From Methanobacteriota archaeon (lineage in GTDB: Archaea > Thermoplasmatota > Poseidoniia > Poseidoniales > Thalassarchaeaceae): a DNA stretch of 64,000 nucleotides. The position numbers and the translations under genes are program-made. Of this stretch, positions 8,291-19,242 are shown in pieces. A model generated the notes under the pieces. It was not told the origin of the DNA, did no database searches, and saw nothing but the letters and a program-made list of their open reading frames with translations. The number at the start of each line of letters is the position of its first letter. The stretch's first letter is position 1. The stretch lies in assembly GCA_002722595.1 (NCBI GenBank), contig PBMO01000024.1:11700-75699 (forward strand), written 5' to 3'.

Positions 8291-10902
8291 ACTTCCACTG
8301 CGATTTCCGACTTCACAAGTGCACTAGGTAACATGACAGACCTCTCTAGACGTGTTAGTGCGTTCGACAAACCCTCAACATCGTCATGTGTTGGCAAAAT
8401 GTATTGATCTGAATTCAAAGGAATCATCAAACCAGGGCCAGGGATGTCTTGCAACCGTTCCCCTAGCACCACAGCATCCTTCAATAAGCCCGCACCACCA
8501 GATTCACGCCTCCTCGCCAACCTTTCACCAGTCCATTTTTCCAATTTCTTCGCTATAGTTTCCAATTTGCCCCATAACAATTGGTGTTTTGCACTATCTC
8601 CCCTTTCTAGAAGCATAGCTAACCGAACCAATCTCTGTACACGAACATCTAATGGTGGTCGCAACATTTTCTCCAAATCTTCGTTTTTCTCAATCCCCAA
8701 AAGTGAGGACAGTCTCTTACTATCACTAATTGGGATTGCATCCTTCTGAGGTACTACAACAGATTTTGAACCAATCTCTGACTTGATGACTTTAGTAACC
8801 TTTTCGCGAGTAATTTTTTTCTTAGGAGAATTCGATTTCGCCACCGAATTTACACCACCTCCTCCCTTTTGAGAAATAGACTCAACAACTGATTGGGCCA
8901 CAGCCAATACTTTTGCCTCCGAATCATTTCTTGACAAACCTTCAGTCACAGCAGACGGAGAAACAACCTCCTTTTTATCCGCAGGGATTAACACTGGAAG
9001 ACGCTTTTCAATGATGGCTTTAGGCTGATTGGGTTCAAATCCATTGAACACAAAATTCGGGTCTGAAGCATCGCTTTCTTCGGACAATTGTAGCATAATA
9101 TCTTGATAATCATGGTCTATCAATACCAATTTTTCTGGACGCATTAAGTCGGCAAGAACCTTTTCTGCCAAACGAACATTAAGTCCCCAAGGCAAACCAG
9201 AAAGCCGCCTAACACGACTTTTTTGCACATCCATACTTTCCCTTATACTCGGCAAATCCAATCCCAGTTTCACAGGATCACTGACCAGCATCTCATACAA
9301 CCCTGCAACATCCCAACCAACTTGCCGCCATTGTTCAAATTCTTCTTCAAGCTTGTCACTCACTTGCCCCATTCTATTATCAATAATCTGTGACCGTCTT
9401 TCCAGTCCAAAAGACGCCGACAACTCACCTTTACTTTCAATCTCAGAAACGGCCCTTTCATATTCAGCCAAATCAAGAGCCCCAGAATCTAATTCATTCG
9501 GCCATAATGAAGCCAATTCACCCCTCGCCCTGTCAAGGAAATCACGGTGCCGATGGACCCTCATCATCGCAATAGTTAGCCATTCTTCCGCATCTTGTAC
9601 AGTGGAAAAACCTGCATTGCTATGCCTCAAATCCTCTAACCATTTTGAGACCTCCATCTTTCCTTTAATCGAAGTATCCAATTCTTCTAATTTTTCAATT
9701 AATGGCATAATAACATCCATTAGGTTTTGATGTTCATCTAATTCTTCAAGAACCGCTCGCGGCTCAGTTTCAACGAAAGAGACCCATTTTTCAACATCGA
9801 TTCCATATGATGACCAAACATCCAATTTAGCCTTACAAGACTCTCTAGCACTTTCTGTCTTTGCCACCAAGCCTTGTAGTAGAACATCCAAACTTCCAAT
9901 CGCATCTAAGTGGCCCCGAGTTCTTTCAGCTAATTTCCTAAACTCAGGCCATTGCAATAGATGAATTTCCATTTGCATCCAAATACCATGAGTGTCCTCA
10001 ATTTTCTTTGCTATACCTGGCATTTGAGCCTCCCATCTCAACATTTCACTAGGGAGAAGAGGGAGGTCTACAGCGAGCTGAAAGCCTTGAACCTTCCAAC
10101 TAGAAAAGCGCTGTTCAACCACCTGCAATCTGTTTTCAAGGTCAGCAGAATTGGAAGAAATTTCAAGACTCACCGATACTAGATTGTCTTCGTCTACAGA
10201 CTCCTGTGCGACAGTTAATGCTCCAAGCAACCGCTCCGCAATTTCCGCACTAAATGGCCGAATTTCTGTTTCAACACGTCGTTGACATTGACCCAATAAC
10301 TGATCAAGTTCACGCAACCTTTCTGCCTCAGTAAATCTTTGACGAGTATTACCTTTGAAAATCGAGGAAGTGTCCCAACCCCGTTGCTCGAGCATCTCAA
10401 CCATCCCATGAAGGGCCTCCGATCTTTGGACTCCCCTCCGTTCGATTTCATCAATGACTGGAGAGATTTCTCGCATGGGGGCCACTTCTTCAATCATGGA
10501 AACAATTCTTGGGGATGCTAGAACGATTTCATCATCGACAGAATCCAAGCGTTCAAGAATACGTGCAAGTTCAACAGAACGCCCTTCATCAGACCACTTG
10601 ATTTTTGATCGCTCAGCGACGATAACCCAAGGGCGGTGTTTACGAAGAAGACCGCTTAACTCAATATCCACAGAAGAGGCTTGCTTTGGGTCGGAGAGCA
10701 AAGAAAGAAAACGCGACCTCTCACTTTGTCTATGCTCGGGCAAATCAAGAACTTTGGCTCTAACATTGGCTGCATATTCAACTTGTTGTTCTAGCAATAA
10801 CATACGTTCACTTGCCAACTCACCAGTTGGCAAATCAACATCGAAACCCCGTTTGCGTAGCGCATCTATTCTCGCCTCGAACCGCTCTGGATCAGCCGAC
10901 AA
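8287..10902 (-). CDS. Large hypothetical cytoplasmic protein (871 aa, helical/coiled-coil-rich)
   Basis: Long uninterrupted ORF with protein-like composition and no recognised catalytic motifs. Antisense ORFs in this span look spurious. Confidence 0.6.
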   Translation of the reverse strand: MSADPERFEARIDALRKRGFDVDLPTGELASERMLLLEQQVEYAANVRAKVLDLPEHRQSERSRFLSLLSDPKQASSVDIELSGLLRKHRPWVIVAERSKIKWSDEGRSVELARILERLDSVDDEIVLASPRIVSMIEEVAPMREISPVIDEIERRGVQRSEALHGMVEMLEQRGWDTSSIFKGNTRQRFTEAERLRELDQLLGQCQRRVETEIRPFSAEIAERLLGALTVAQESVDEDNLVSVSLEISSNSADLENRLQVVEQRFSSWKVQGFQLAVDLPLLPSEMLRWEAQMPGIAKKIEDTHGIWMQMEIHLLQWPEFRKLAERTRGHLDAIGSLDVLLQGLVAKTESARESCKAKLDVWSSYGIDVEKWVSFVETEPRAVLEELDEHQNLMDVIMPLIEKLEELDTSIKGKMEVSKWLEDLRHSNAGFSTVQDAEEWLTIAMMRVHRHRDFLDRARGELASLWPNELDSGALDLAEYERAVSEIESKGELSASFGLERRSQIIDNRMGQVSDKLEEEFEQWRQVGWDVAGLYEMLVSDPVKLGLDLPSIRESMDVQKSRVRRLSGLPWGLNVRLAEKVLADLMRPEKLVLIDHDYQDIMLQLSEESDASDPNFVFNGFEPNQPKAIIEKRLPVLIPADKKEVVSPSAVTEGLSRNDSEAKVLAVAQSVVESISQKGGGGVNSVAKSNSPKKKITREKVTKVIKSEIGSKSVVVPQKDAIPISDSKRLSSLLGIEKNEDLEKMLRPPLDVRVQRLVRLAMLLERGDSAKHQLLWGKLETIAKKLEKWTGERLARRRESGGAGLLKDAVVLGERLQDIPGPGLMIPLNSDQYILPTHDDVEGLSNALTRLERSVMLPSALVKSEIAVEV

Positions 10903-11043
10903 CTACCCCGCCTCAACCCTCCCACCATCTCAAGGCTCTTCAATGTCCGGCCAATTCCGCACCTCAAAATCACTTTAGAAAACGGCACCTCACCCCTTTA
11001 GGGGTGCGAACTACTCAAAAGGTGTGGAAGTCGGCTCCATCCA

Positions 11044-13791
11044 ATGGAACCCGTCACAATCGGACTGACACTATTCTTTGCAGCAGCCTCCGGTGCTGTA
11101 ATTTGGTGGCTTGCACAGGCAGAAATAGGACTTCGTAAACTAAGAGAAGATTTTGAAACAGCGCATTCGGAAACGGCTCAATTGATGAAATCACTAAATG
11201 CTCAAACGGAGGAATTGGCAGATAGTGCAAAGGCACTACAGAGAGCACACCCTGGCCTTGCAGGGATCATTGAAGCACACAGAACACTCGATTACTTGCA
11301 GAATACTTTGGCTGGAGAAGGCGATGGTGATGCGGTAAAAGCAGCCGCATCCAACACTCTTTCAGCAGTCAAAGGCCTCCTAGCCACTAGAAGTGGTGAT
11401 GGCGACATCGAGGACGCCACCCCTGCTGACGCGGGCCTTCTAAACCTCGTTACAAGGGTTCTGCAAACAATGGAACAATTAGAACTCAAAATTAGCGATT
11501 TAAATCTCAGCAATTTAGAAGCACGACGTTTTGGAGAAATCGTATTTTTGGCAGGAGACAGAACTTGGGCAGCAGCATGTTACGAATATGCACTTGAGAA
11601 GGCTCCACGCGAAGTATCCACACTTCGTAGCCTGAGTCGCCTCAACAGGGAATCAGGGAATGAAGAAAAGTTGAGAACCAATTTAGAGAATCTACTGGAA
11701 TCAACACCTGATGACCCAGAACTATTACGGGAACACGCCAGAATCCTCACCAAGGCAGGAGATGCAGCAGCTGAGAAGGGCTTGCGCAGATTGGAAGCAA
11801 TGGGCATAGAAACTGCAGAAGACAAATCGATGTTGGCAAGTCTTGCTGCCCGCGCAGGAGATACTGATGGAGCACTTCAACAGATAGAGGCAGCAATTGC
11901 AAGTAACCCAACTGGTGAAGACTGGTTAAGAAAAGCCGAGCTCCACCTTGCTCGAAATGAAAGAGGCCTTGGGATTACAGCAGTTGATGAAGCCATAGCA
12001 TTAGATCGCCAATCGGGCCCAGCATGGTCCATCCGAGCCCAACTCCTAACCGGCGAATCAGGTCGCACAGAAGAGGCTCTCAAAGCAGCAGTACACGCAG
12101 TTGCTCTTGGGGAACCCCTACAACTCCTCAAGGCAGAGTTGCTTGAACGCTTAGGTCGCGGAGAAGAAGCCAAAAAGTCGCTTGAGGATTCACTGGAGAA
12201 GCATCCAGAAAACCCAGAAATACGTGCACAATTGGTCCTATTCCACCATCAAATTGGCGACCCAGAATCTGCATTCCAAATATTGGCAGAAGCACCAATT
12301 GAAGCATGGGAGGGTCCCGCACTCCATCTACAAAAGGGTAGATTGATATTAGCGGAAGCAGATAGGTATCGAGATGGAACGGGAGAAAAAGATAGGGAAC
12401 TTTTGGCAGAAGCAGATTTGGCATTTGAAGCAGCTCTTGAAGCCGACAGAGAAAATGGCATTGGGTGGCTTGGTAAAGCGAGAATTCAAAGAATGTTGAA
12501 AGATAATTCTGAAGCCCAAATCTCCCTCGCAAGAGCACGTAGATTGTTACCTGACGAACCTTTGATTGCTGCTGAAGAAGCATTACTGGCTTTGGATGGA
12601 AACGATATTGAGGCAGCAGCAAGGTTAATTTCCGAAGCACACGTTCTTGAGCGAGAATCTCCAGTTATTGACTATGTAAAGGGAGTAATAGCGGCTAGAC
12701 GCGGAGACCTCAATGAAGCGAAGAGGCTGTTTGATGTTGTACTTGCGGACGACCCACACCATGTCCGTGCCCGCCTTAACCGATGTACAACACTCATGAT
12801 GGAGCAAGATTATCATTCAGCATTGGATGATGTACAAACACTTCTAGATGCTCATCCCGAACTCGATTTGGCAAAATTACGCCGAGGCGAGATTATGATG
12901 TCCTTAGGGGAGTGGGCTGAAGCAGAATCAAACTTCAGAGAGGTCCTCGATAAGCACGAAAAGAATCCGCATGCATTAATCCAACTCGGAGCAGCACTCG
13001 TAGCACAAGATCGCCTGACAGAAGCAGAACAACCACTCAATGAAGCGATCCGTTTGGATGGCGACTCATCAGAAGGTTGGTATCAACGGGGTCTACTTTA
13101 CATCGCCTTTGGACAATTCGACTGCGCACTCTCAGATTTCGAAACAGCAGCTTTGAAGGACAAACATCACCTAAACGCATTGCTTCGAATTGCAGCAATT
13201 CACCATGAAAATAAGGATTGGGAATTGGCTGAAATTGCTTGGAGGAACGTCCTAGACGTGGAACCCGATAACAGGGTCGCTAGACGCCGAATTCAAGACG
13301 CTTTCGATGGCCAAACAGTCGTCAAGAAAGCCGCCGTACTTTCCTCTACCAGTGGTATTACTATCGCCGATGAGATTGAGGTAACTGAAGTTGAAGTTGT
13401 AGAAGAGTCAATTGTTACAGAAATAGAGGAGATTGAAACCATTATTGAAAATGAAACCCCTCAACAAACCACGGTGAAACCAAGAGGGACTGCAATGGAT
13501 TGGGCTGATGCAATTGATCTGTACATCAAAGAACACGGAGGCGTGGTTAACCAGGACTTCAAACGCCTTGGCTTAATTCCAGAAGATATCACCTCTGGTG
13601 AGCGTGCTCGCCTCAATGAAGAACTATCGGACAGCTTCACAAAGCATAAGGTAAACAATTTCCGAGTATTCTATTGCTCACCTTCGATTATTGAACCCGA
13701 CGAAGTCAAAGCACAATATGAGAAAAGCCAAAATCAAGAAGATCCGGAATTGGCGCAAGAAGATTTTGAGTTTGGATTCGGCAATCTTTGA
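11044..13791 (+). CDS. TPR-repeat protein (915 aa) with N-terminal TM helix
   Basis: N-terminal hydrophobic segment LTLFFAAASGAVIWWLA, then many 34-residue TPR-like units with W/LG/Y/A/F/A/P spacing (e.g. EGWYQRGLLYIAFGQFDCALSDFETAALKD). Confidence 0.7.
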   Translation: MEPVTIGLTLFFAAASGAVIWWLAQAEIGLRKLREDFETAHSETAQLMKSLNAQTEELADSAKALQRAHPGLAGIIEAHRTLDYLQNTLAGEGDGDAVKAAASNTLSAVKGLLATRSGDGDIEDATPADAGLLNLVTRVLQTMEQLELKISDLNLSNLEARRFGEIVFLAGDRTWAAACYEYALEKAPREVSTLRSLSRLNRESGNEEKLRTNLENLLESTPDDPELLREHARILTKAGDAAAEKGLRRLEAMGIETAEDKSMLASLAARAGDTDGALQQIEAAIASNPTGEDWLRKAELHLARNERGLGITAVDEAIALDRQSGPAWSIRAQLLTGESGRTEEALKAAVHAVALGEPLQLLKAELLERLGRGEEAKKSLEDSLEKHPENPEIRAQLVLFHHQIGDPESAFQILAEAPIEAWEGPALHLQKGRLILAEADRYRDGTGEKDRELLAEADLAFEAALEADRENGIGWLGKARIQRMLKDNSEAQISLARARRLLPDEPLIAAEEALLALDGNDIEAAARLISEAHVLERESPVIDYVKGVIAARRGDLNEAKRLFDVVLADDPHHVRARLNRCTTLMMEQDYHSALDDVQTLLDAHPELDLAKLRRGEIMMSLGEWAEAESNFREVLDKHEKNPHALIQLGAALVAQDRLTEAEQPLNEAIRLDGDSSEGWYQRGLLYIAFGQFDCALSDFETAALKDKHHLNALLRIAAIHHENKDWELAEIAWRNVLDVEPDNRVARRRIQDAFDGQTVVKKAAVLSSTSGITIADEIEVTEVEVVEESIVTEIEEIETIIENETPQQTTVKPRGTAMDWADAIDLYIKEHGGVVNQDFKRLGLIPEDITSGERARLNEELSDSFTKHKVNNFRVFYCSPSIIEPDEVKAQYEKSQNQEDPELAQEDFEFGFGNL

Positions 13792-14372
13792 AGGTGAAGT
13801 TCAAGCAACGAACCCTTCTCACAAGGTATATGAGTAGAGGATTGGAACCTGGAGACACCGCAACCGACTTCGAATTGCCAAATGCAAATTCACAAGAACC
13901 GGAATATGCTAACTTAGAGAAAATGATGACAGATGTTGGTTGCGTGGTCGTATTCACCTGCAACCATTGCCCCTATGTAATTGGCAATGAAACACGAATA
14001 GAAGCGATTGCTGATAGGGCTAGACAAGAGGGCCTTGGTTTTGTAGGGATTAATTCCAACGACCCAGACAATTATCCCACAGATAATTGGGAGCACATGG
14101 TCAAACGAGCCGAAACAATGTCTTACCCTTATCTTCACGATATAACCCAAGAAGTTGCAACCTCTTGGGGTGCGGAACGAACCCCAGAATTCTATTTGCT
14201 AAACGGCCAAGGAGTGGTAGTATATCGAGGGCGCCTCGACGACTCCCCCAAAGACCCAACTCTCGCCACTACCAGTGAACTTTCCGACGCAATAGATGCC
14301 TTACTCTCCAACGAAAAACCCTCAGTATCACGCACAGACAGTATCGGATGCTCAGTCAAGTGGAAGGTGTGA
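13788..14372 (+). CDS. Thioredoxin-fold thiol-disulfide oxidoreductase (redoxin/AhpC-TSA-like)
   Basis: FTCNHCPYV contains a CxxC-type active site in a redoxin-like context (DFELPN...VVVFTCNHCPYV...GINSNDP). Its ATGA overlaps the TPR gene stop. Confidence 0.6.
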   Translation: MKVKFKQRTLLTRYMSRGLEPGDTATDFELPNANSQEPEYANLEKMMTDVGCVVVFTCNHCPYVIGNETRIEAIADRARQEGLGFVGINSNDPDNYPTDNWEHMVKRAETMSYPYLHDITQEVATSWGAERTPEFYLLNGQGVVVYRGRLDDSPKDPTLATTSELSDAIDALLSNEKPSVSRTDSIGCSVKWKV

Positions 14373-15190
14373 AATTGCGACTTGGCATCCCCGCCAGAAT
14401 ATTTGCTACAATGCTGAAATTCTTACCTGGCCGTGTAGGCGACAGAATGTGGAAATGGTGGTACCAACGTCTTGCTAAAGCCAAAGCATGGGGTGAGTTT
14501 GGTTTCATGAACTATGGCTTCATCGATGACGATCAACCCACTTTAGAAGCCGATGACGAATCAGACCGCCTCTTTATCCAACTTTACCACATGAATATAC
14601 GCGACATCGAATTAAATGGAAAGCAAGTCCTTGAAGTCGGCTCCGGCAGGGGCGGTGGTGCGAATTGGATTGCTCGAACATACGATCCAAAGTCATTGAC
14701 TGCCATGGATTATTCTGCGGCCGCTGTCAAATTGTGCTCAAGAATGTATGGCCGCCAGAAGAACCTAACATTCATCGAAGGAAATGCAATGAAATTACCC
14801 TTCGAGGATAATTCATTTGACGTAGTATACAATGTGGAGTCCAGTCACTGCTACAGCGATATGGACGCCTTTGTCGATGAAGTCCATCGGGTATTGAAAC
14901 CTGGTGGACACTTCGCTTGGACAGATTTCCGCGACGCGAAAACAATTGAAGGAATTCGCAATAAATTCTCATCTTCTGAATTTGAAATTCTGAAAGACGC
15001 TGACATTACAAAAGAGGTCCTCGCCGCCTTGGATGAGATTAGCGATGACAAACAATCCAGAATCCAGAAGGGCACCGGCCGCATCATCCGTCGCAGTTTT
15101 GAGACGTTTGCAGGAGTACGGGGCACACCAGTTTACGAAGCATTTACCAAGGGCGAATTGGGCTATTACAGGTGCCTTTTGCGAAAGTAA
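14348..15190 (+). CDS. Class I SAM-dependent methyltransferase
   Basis: Motif I VLEVGSGRGGG and the post-I acidic MDYS, then LKPGGHFAWTDF. The start is perhaps at the internal Met near 14411. Confidence 0.7.
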   Translation: MLSQVEGVKLRLGIPARIFATMLKFLPGRVGDRMWKWWYQRLAKAKAWGEFGFMNYGFIDDDQPTLEADDESDRLFIQLYHMNIRDIELNGKQVLEVGSGRGGGANWIARTYDPKSLTAMDYSAAAVKLCSRMYGRQKNLTFIEGNAMKLPFEDNSFDVVYNVESSHCYSDMDAFVDEVHRVLKPGGHFAWTDFRDAKTIEGIRNKFSSSEFEILKDADITKEVLAALDEISDDKQSRIQKGTGRIIRRSFETFAGVRGTPVYEAFTKGELGYYRCLLRK

Positions 15191-15202
15191 AAATGCATGA
15201 AA

Positions 15203-15649
15203 TCAGTATTGCTCAAGCACAAGCTCAGTAGTTGTACTTGCGATTTCAGCAGGTGCTGCCAACCACATCCGATCCAACAACTCTCTCAAACTAACCGTAT
15301 CATCAACATGAACGACTGCAACTAAATCGGCTTCCCCACTGATTTCGTAAACTGACTCGACACCCTTCCAATTAGCGAACTCTCCAGCCAAACTTCCGAT
15401 TTCAACACCAGGTCCTACTTTCATTCTCACAAGTGCGGTTAAACCGATACCAGTTTCTCTAATTGTATATCCTCGAATAATACCTTCTTCCTCTAACCTT
15501 CGAACTCTTGTCCGAATAGTTCTTTCAGATACTCCAACCACCTTTGCCAGATCAACGTAAGCTTGTCTACTATTACCTCGAAGGGCTGTGAGGATTGCAC
15601 GATCGGTCTCATCAACATTCGCCATGTTCGACGAGCCGCAATCCTCCAT
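15203..15649 (-). CDS. Lrp/AsnC family transcriptional regulator
   Basis: HTH segment DRAILTALRGNSRQAYVDLAKVVGVSERTIRTRVRRLEEEGIIRGYT, followed by a RAM/ACT-like C-terminal domain. Confidence 0.85.
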   Translation of the reverse strand: MEDCGSSNMANVDETDRAILTALRGNSRQAYVDLAKVVGVSERTIRTRVRRLEEEGIIRGYTIRETGIGLTALVRMKVGPGVEIGSLAGEFANWKGVESVYEISGEADLVAVVHVDDTVSLRELLDRMWLAAPAEIASTTTELVLEQY

Positions 15650-15763
15650 TATGAACCCTACGAATATCCCCTTTTCGGTAAAAACCCAATTTTTTCCACG
15701 AAAAGTGGTAAAAAAGACCCAAAACCAAGAAATCGTGCTATTGATAGGTGCTAGACGTTTCCG

Positions 15764-16204
15764 ATGACCGTGTCGACCGAATCCTCGTACTCAAACGAAA
15801 GATTTCAAGACTTTTTGGACTCAATTTCATCAACTCCAATGGATAAGAAATTTTACGAGTGGTATAACATTGAAGTTGCAGCTGCAATTGATGGCTGTAC
15901 GATTCATAATCATGAAATTAACACAGAGTCCGGAGCATCTCTTATTTTCCTCAACAAAAGTGCAGTATTATGTGTGCCTAAGAAGGGACAAATCGCCCAC
16001 TACCCCCGACATCTTTTGCACTGCTTCGTAGATGATTTCCGCAGGAATGGAGAAAGTGACGATGGCTTGGTTATGCGTGCTGAATTATTCAGTATTTCAC
16101 CAAGTGAGGAACAATTAGCTTGGGAGGTCAAATGCAGATCTGAAAGGGACGTTCCAGGGGTCCAATCGAGCGTGTCACGTTGGTTGCAATGGTTGAATGA
16201 ATGA
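15764..16204 (+). CDS. Hypothetical protein
   Basis: 146-aa ORF divergent from the Lrp gene. No recognised motifs. Confidence 0.4.
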   Translation: MTVSTESSYSNERFQDFLDSISSTPMDKKFYEWYNIEVAAAIDGCTIHNHEINTESGASLIFLNKSAVLCVPKKGQIAHYPRHLLHCFVDDFRRNGESDDGLVMRAELFSISPSEEQLAWEVKCRSERDVPGVQSSVSRWLQWLNE

Positions 16205-16251
16205 CAGCGTCACATTGACAGTGTGCCTACTCTTCGCCACGATAGAGAGAC

Positions 16252-17505
16252 ATGTCACATTACATCAGCGGCCTCGCCGCACGTATGATTCTTGATAGTC
16301 GAGGCAATCCGACAGTGGAGGTTGATTGCTACGTCGATGGGAGATTGGCCGGCCGTGCAGCCGTTCCCAGTGGTGCGAGCACAGGTAGCCATGAAGCAGT
16401 AGAACTCCGAGATGGAGATATGAATCGTTGGCTCGGGAAAGGGGTTGACGGAGCAGTAACTAACGTAATAGAGAAAATCCAAGAAGCCTTAGTCGGACTT
16501 CCAGTTGACAATCAACACGTGATTGATGAAGTCATGCTTGAAATGGATACAACAGGCAACAAATCAAATATCGGTGCAAACGCGACACTAGGTGCAAGTT
16601 TAGCATGTCTTCACGCGGGTTCAAATGTTCACCAAATGCCGCTTTGGAGGTATGTTGGAGGACTGTCGGGGGGGAGTCTACCAGTTCCATTAATGAACAT
16701 CCTAAATGGAGGTGCACATGCAACATCCAACGTCGACGTGCAAGAGTTCATGGTAGTACCTCATGGATTCGATCACTTCCCTGAAGCACTTCGTGCTGGA
16801 GTTGAAACATATCACTCACTCAAATCTGTGCTAAAGGACAAAGGTCTGCTTGGAGGAGTTGGTGACGAAGGTGGATTTGCACCAAATCTGCCCAAGAACG
16901 AAGAAGGTTTGGCATTACTTGTCCAAGCAATAGAGCAAGCAGGGTATTCTCCTGGTGAACAAATGTCAATCGCACTCGATGTTGCTGCTCAAGAATTCCA
17001 CCATGCAGACGGCTATCACATCGATGGACGAATCATAGGTGGTGCTGAACTTGGTGAAATGTATAGCAGTTGGCTTGATGATTATCCAATAGTATCGATT
17101 GAGGATGCCTTTGGAGAGGATGATTGGCTTAGTTGGTCAAGATTCACAAAGAGTGAAGGACACAGGGTCCAAGTAGTTGGCGATGATCTATTTGTCACCA
17201 ACATCGGTCGTTTGGCAGAAGGGATTGAGATGGGTGCAGCGAATGCAATTCTCATCAAACCCAATCAAATAGGGACTGTTACTGAAACGCTTGAATGTAT
17301 TGACATGGCGAAAGAAAACGGCATGGGTACAGTGATTTCGCATCGTTCAGGTGAAACTAGTGATGATACGATTGCAGATATTGCAGTGGGTACACGTGCA
17401 GGACAAATCAAGACAGGCGCCCCTGCACGAAGCGATCGTACAGCCAAATACAATCAACTGTTGAGGATAGCAGAGGAATGTGAGGAATATACACAGCTCT
17501 ATTGA
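16252..17505 (+). CDS. eno: Enolase
   Basis: ARMILDSRGNPTVEVD, SGASTG, and the IKPNQIGTVTET/SHRSGETED-type motifs (here SHRSGETSDD). Confidence 0.95.
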   Translation: MSHYISGLAARMILDSRGNPTVEVDCYVDGRLAGRAAVPSGASTGSHEAVELRDGDMNRWLGKGVDGAVTNVIEKIQEALVGLPVDNQHVIDEVMLEMDTTGNKSNIGANATLGASLACLHAGSNVHQMPLWRYVGGLSGGSLPVPLMNILNGGAHATSNVDVQEFMVVPHGFDHFPEALRAGVETYHSLKSVLKDKGLLGGVGDEGGFAPNLPKNEEGLALLVQAIEQAGYSPGEQMSIALDVAAQEFHHADGYHIDGRIIGGAELGEMYSSWLDDYPIVSIEDAFGEDDWLSWSRFTKSEGHRVQVVGDDLFVTNIGRLAEGIEMGAANAILIKPNQIGTVTETLECIDMAKENGMGTVISHRSGETSDDTIADIAVGTRAGQIKTGAPARSDRTAKYNQLLRIAEECEEYTQLY

Positions 17506-18647
17506 GCCAACCAGTCCTTCAATCGACCAATTCCTTCTCTAATCACATCCTCTTCTGTAGCATAGGATAGTCGAATATAACCCTCTCCACCTGGTAGAGA
17601 ATCTAATGGGATAACTTGCACCAATGCTTCATCCATGGCTCTTTGAGCGAATGTAGTACCATCCATACCGGTGCCTCTGACATCAACCATGACGTAGAAT
17701 GCCCCCTCAGGTTCACTCGCCACAAGCGAGGGGATATGTTCGAGCAATTCCAATATCAACCCCCTTCTTCGAATATATTCTCCTCTAAATTGGTTTACAG
17801 CACTCCAATCCTTAGCAGCCAACTCGGCGGCCGGCATTAGGAATGAAGGAATGTGCGAACAAGTATTTCCTTGCAATCGACCAACAACTTTCGCAACAGA
17901 TGTAGGTGCCGCAAACACACCAATTCGCCAACCAGTCATTGCATGTGTTTTACTTGGACCACTGACAGTAAGGGTTCTTTCAAAACCACCCAGAATCGAT
18001 GCAGGTGAAACATGCTCAGTCTCATTCCAAATTAATTCAGTATAGATTTCATCCGAAATAATCCACAGATCATGCTCAATTGCTAATTTGACAATGCCAA
18101 TCATTTCATCAGGAGTATATACTGCACCAGTTGGATTGTTAGGACTATTGACAACAATCGCAGTCGTTTTTTCGGTGATTGCTGCACGTACTCTGTCCAA
18201 ATTAGGATGGAAACGAGGAGCATCGCACTGGACAAAAATTGGTTTTGCGCCCATCAATTCGACTTGTTCAGCATGTGTTGGCCAACAAGGAGCCAGCAAA
18301 ATCACCTCATCATTTTCTTTGGCAGCTACCATGAAAGCATAGAGTAAAGCCTGCTTGGCACCCGGTGTGATGACAATTCCCTCATCATCGACAGGGATCT
18401 TCCAACGACGGCGGAGGTGTGAAGCCCATGCTGTGCATAGGTTCTCTCGCCCTTCTCCCCTTGTGTAATGGGTATCGCCATCCAATAGCGCTTTTTTTGC
18501 AACTTCTGAAATATTCGTTGGAGTATCAAATCCCGGCTCACCTACAGTGAGACGAATAACACCTTCAGGAGGAGGTGAAAGAAACGCCTTGAACCCCCCT
18601 CGGAGATTAGTGAGACGCTCTGGGATGTCTGGCAAATTACCACCCAT
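17499..18647 (-). CDS. PLP-dependent aminotransferase class I/II (aspartate aminotransferase-like)
   Basis: VNSPNNPTGAVYT motif and the SKTHAMTGWRIG lysine region typical of AAT-family enzymes. Confidence 0.85.
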   Translation of the reverse strand: MGGNLPDIPERLTNLRGGFKAFLSPPPEGVIRLTVGEPGFDTPTNISEVAKKALLDGDTHYTRGEGRENLCTAWASHLRRRWKIPVDDEGIVITPGAKQALLYAFMVAAKENDEVILLAPCWPTHAEQVELMGAKPIFVQCDAPRFHPNLDRVRAAITEKTTAIVVNSPNNPTGAVYTPDEMIGIVKLAIEHDLWIISDEIYTELIWNETEHVSPASILGGFERTLTVSGPSKTHAMTGWRIGVFAAPTSVAKVVGRLQGNTCSHIPSFLMPAAELAAKDWSAVNQFRGEYIRRRGLILELLEHIPSLVASEPEGAFYVMVDVRGTGMDGTTFAQRAMDEALVQVIPLDSLPGGEGYIRLSYATEEDVIREGIGRLKDWLAQ

Positions 18648-18723
18648 GTCCTACCGAAGGGACAACATTCGGAATTGACCTTCAGCCTTGAAGATGCTGC
18701 TTTGTAATATACGATATTGGGCA

Positions 18724-19242
18724 TTACACCAGATTCGAATAACTAACAGCAGCCTCATCCGTCCAATGTGCCAAAGGGCCACTAGCAGCAATTCGACAAT
18801 CCTCAATCCGAACACTCACACTTTCTTGAAACTCCGTTTTGACTAAATGATCATATCCGAGAACCAGAGCACAATCAAGAATTCCAGACACAAAACCGAG
18901 TGTAGTTTTGTCGGTTTCAGACCAATATGCATCTCGAGGGTGAGTGTGAACCCAAAGCCGTAATGGAAGTTGAGAACCAATAGGGGGAGCCAACTTAACC
19001 CGCCCAATAGTCCCAATATCTACCCAAACCAAACGACGGGAATCGAATAAAACACTGACTTCCCTTTTCAATTTATCAGCCAAATGCCACAAATCTTCCC
19101 ACATATTATTCACAGCATAGTATGCAATACTCTCGATTATTGCAGCGGGCCTTGAAGTAGAGAAAGTCAAACTCTCTTCAATATCAAATTGCGAATGCAA
19201 TTTTGGTTGAACAGGTCCACGCGGCTCAGGGTCTACACTCAT
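18724..19242 (-). CDS. JAB/MPN (JAMM-like) metallopeptidase domain protein
   Basis: LWVHTHPRDAYWSETD matches the H-x-H-x(6-7)-S-x2-D JAMM zinc-binding signature. Its start overlaps the E1 gene stop by 4 nt. Confidence 0.6.
   Translation of the reverse strand: MSVDPEPRGPVQPKLHSQFDIEESLTFSTSRPAAIIESIAYYAVNNMWEDLWHLADKLKREVSVLFDSRRLVWVDIGTIGRVKLAPPIGSQLPLRLWVHTHPRDAYWSETDKTTLGFVSGILDCALVLGYDHLVKTEFQESVSVRIEDCRIAASGPLAHWTDEAAVSYSNLV

Noticed and set aside
10454-10978. 174-aa ORF on the plus strand
   Set aside because: It lies entirely antisense within the 871-aa minus-strand gene, has Ser/Arg-rich low-complexity composition and no motifs. Likely a shadow ORF.
11054-12640. Several 60-170-aa minus-strand ORFs within the TPR gene
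   Set aside because: They are antisense to a continuous 915-aa ORF with clear TPR periodicity. Shadow ORFs.
18725-18745. Sequence cagattcgaataac sharing 8 nt (gattcgaa) with the tRNA-Cys T-arm, located exactly at the distal end of the Ubl/E1/JAB cluster
   Set aside because: An 8-nt match is expected by chance several times in 64 kb. No longer direct repeat of the tRNA 3' end was visible and no integrase is present. Not sufficient to call an att site.
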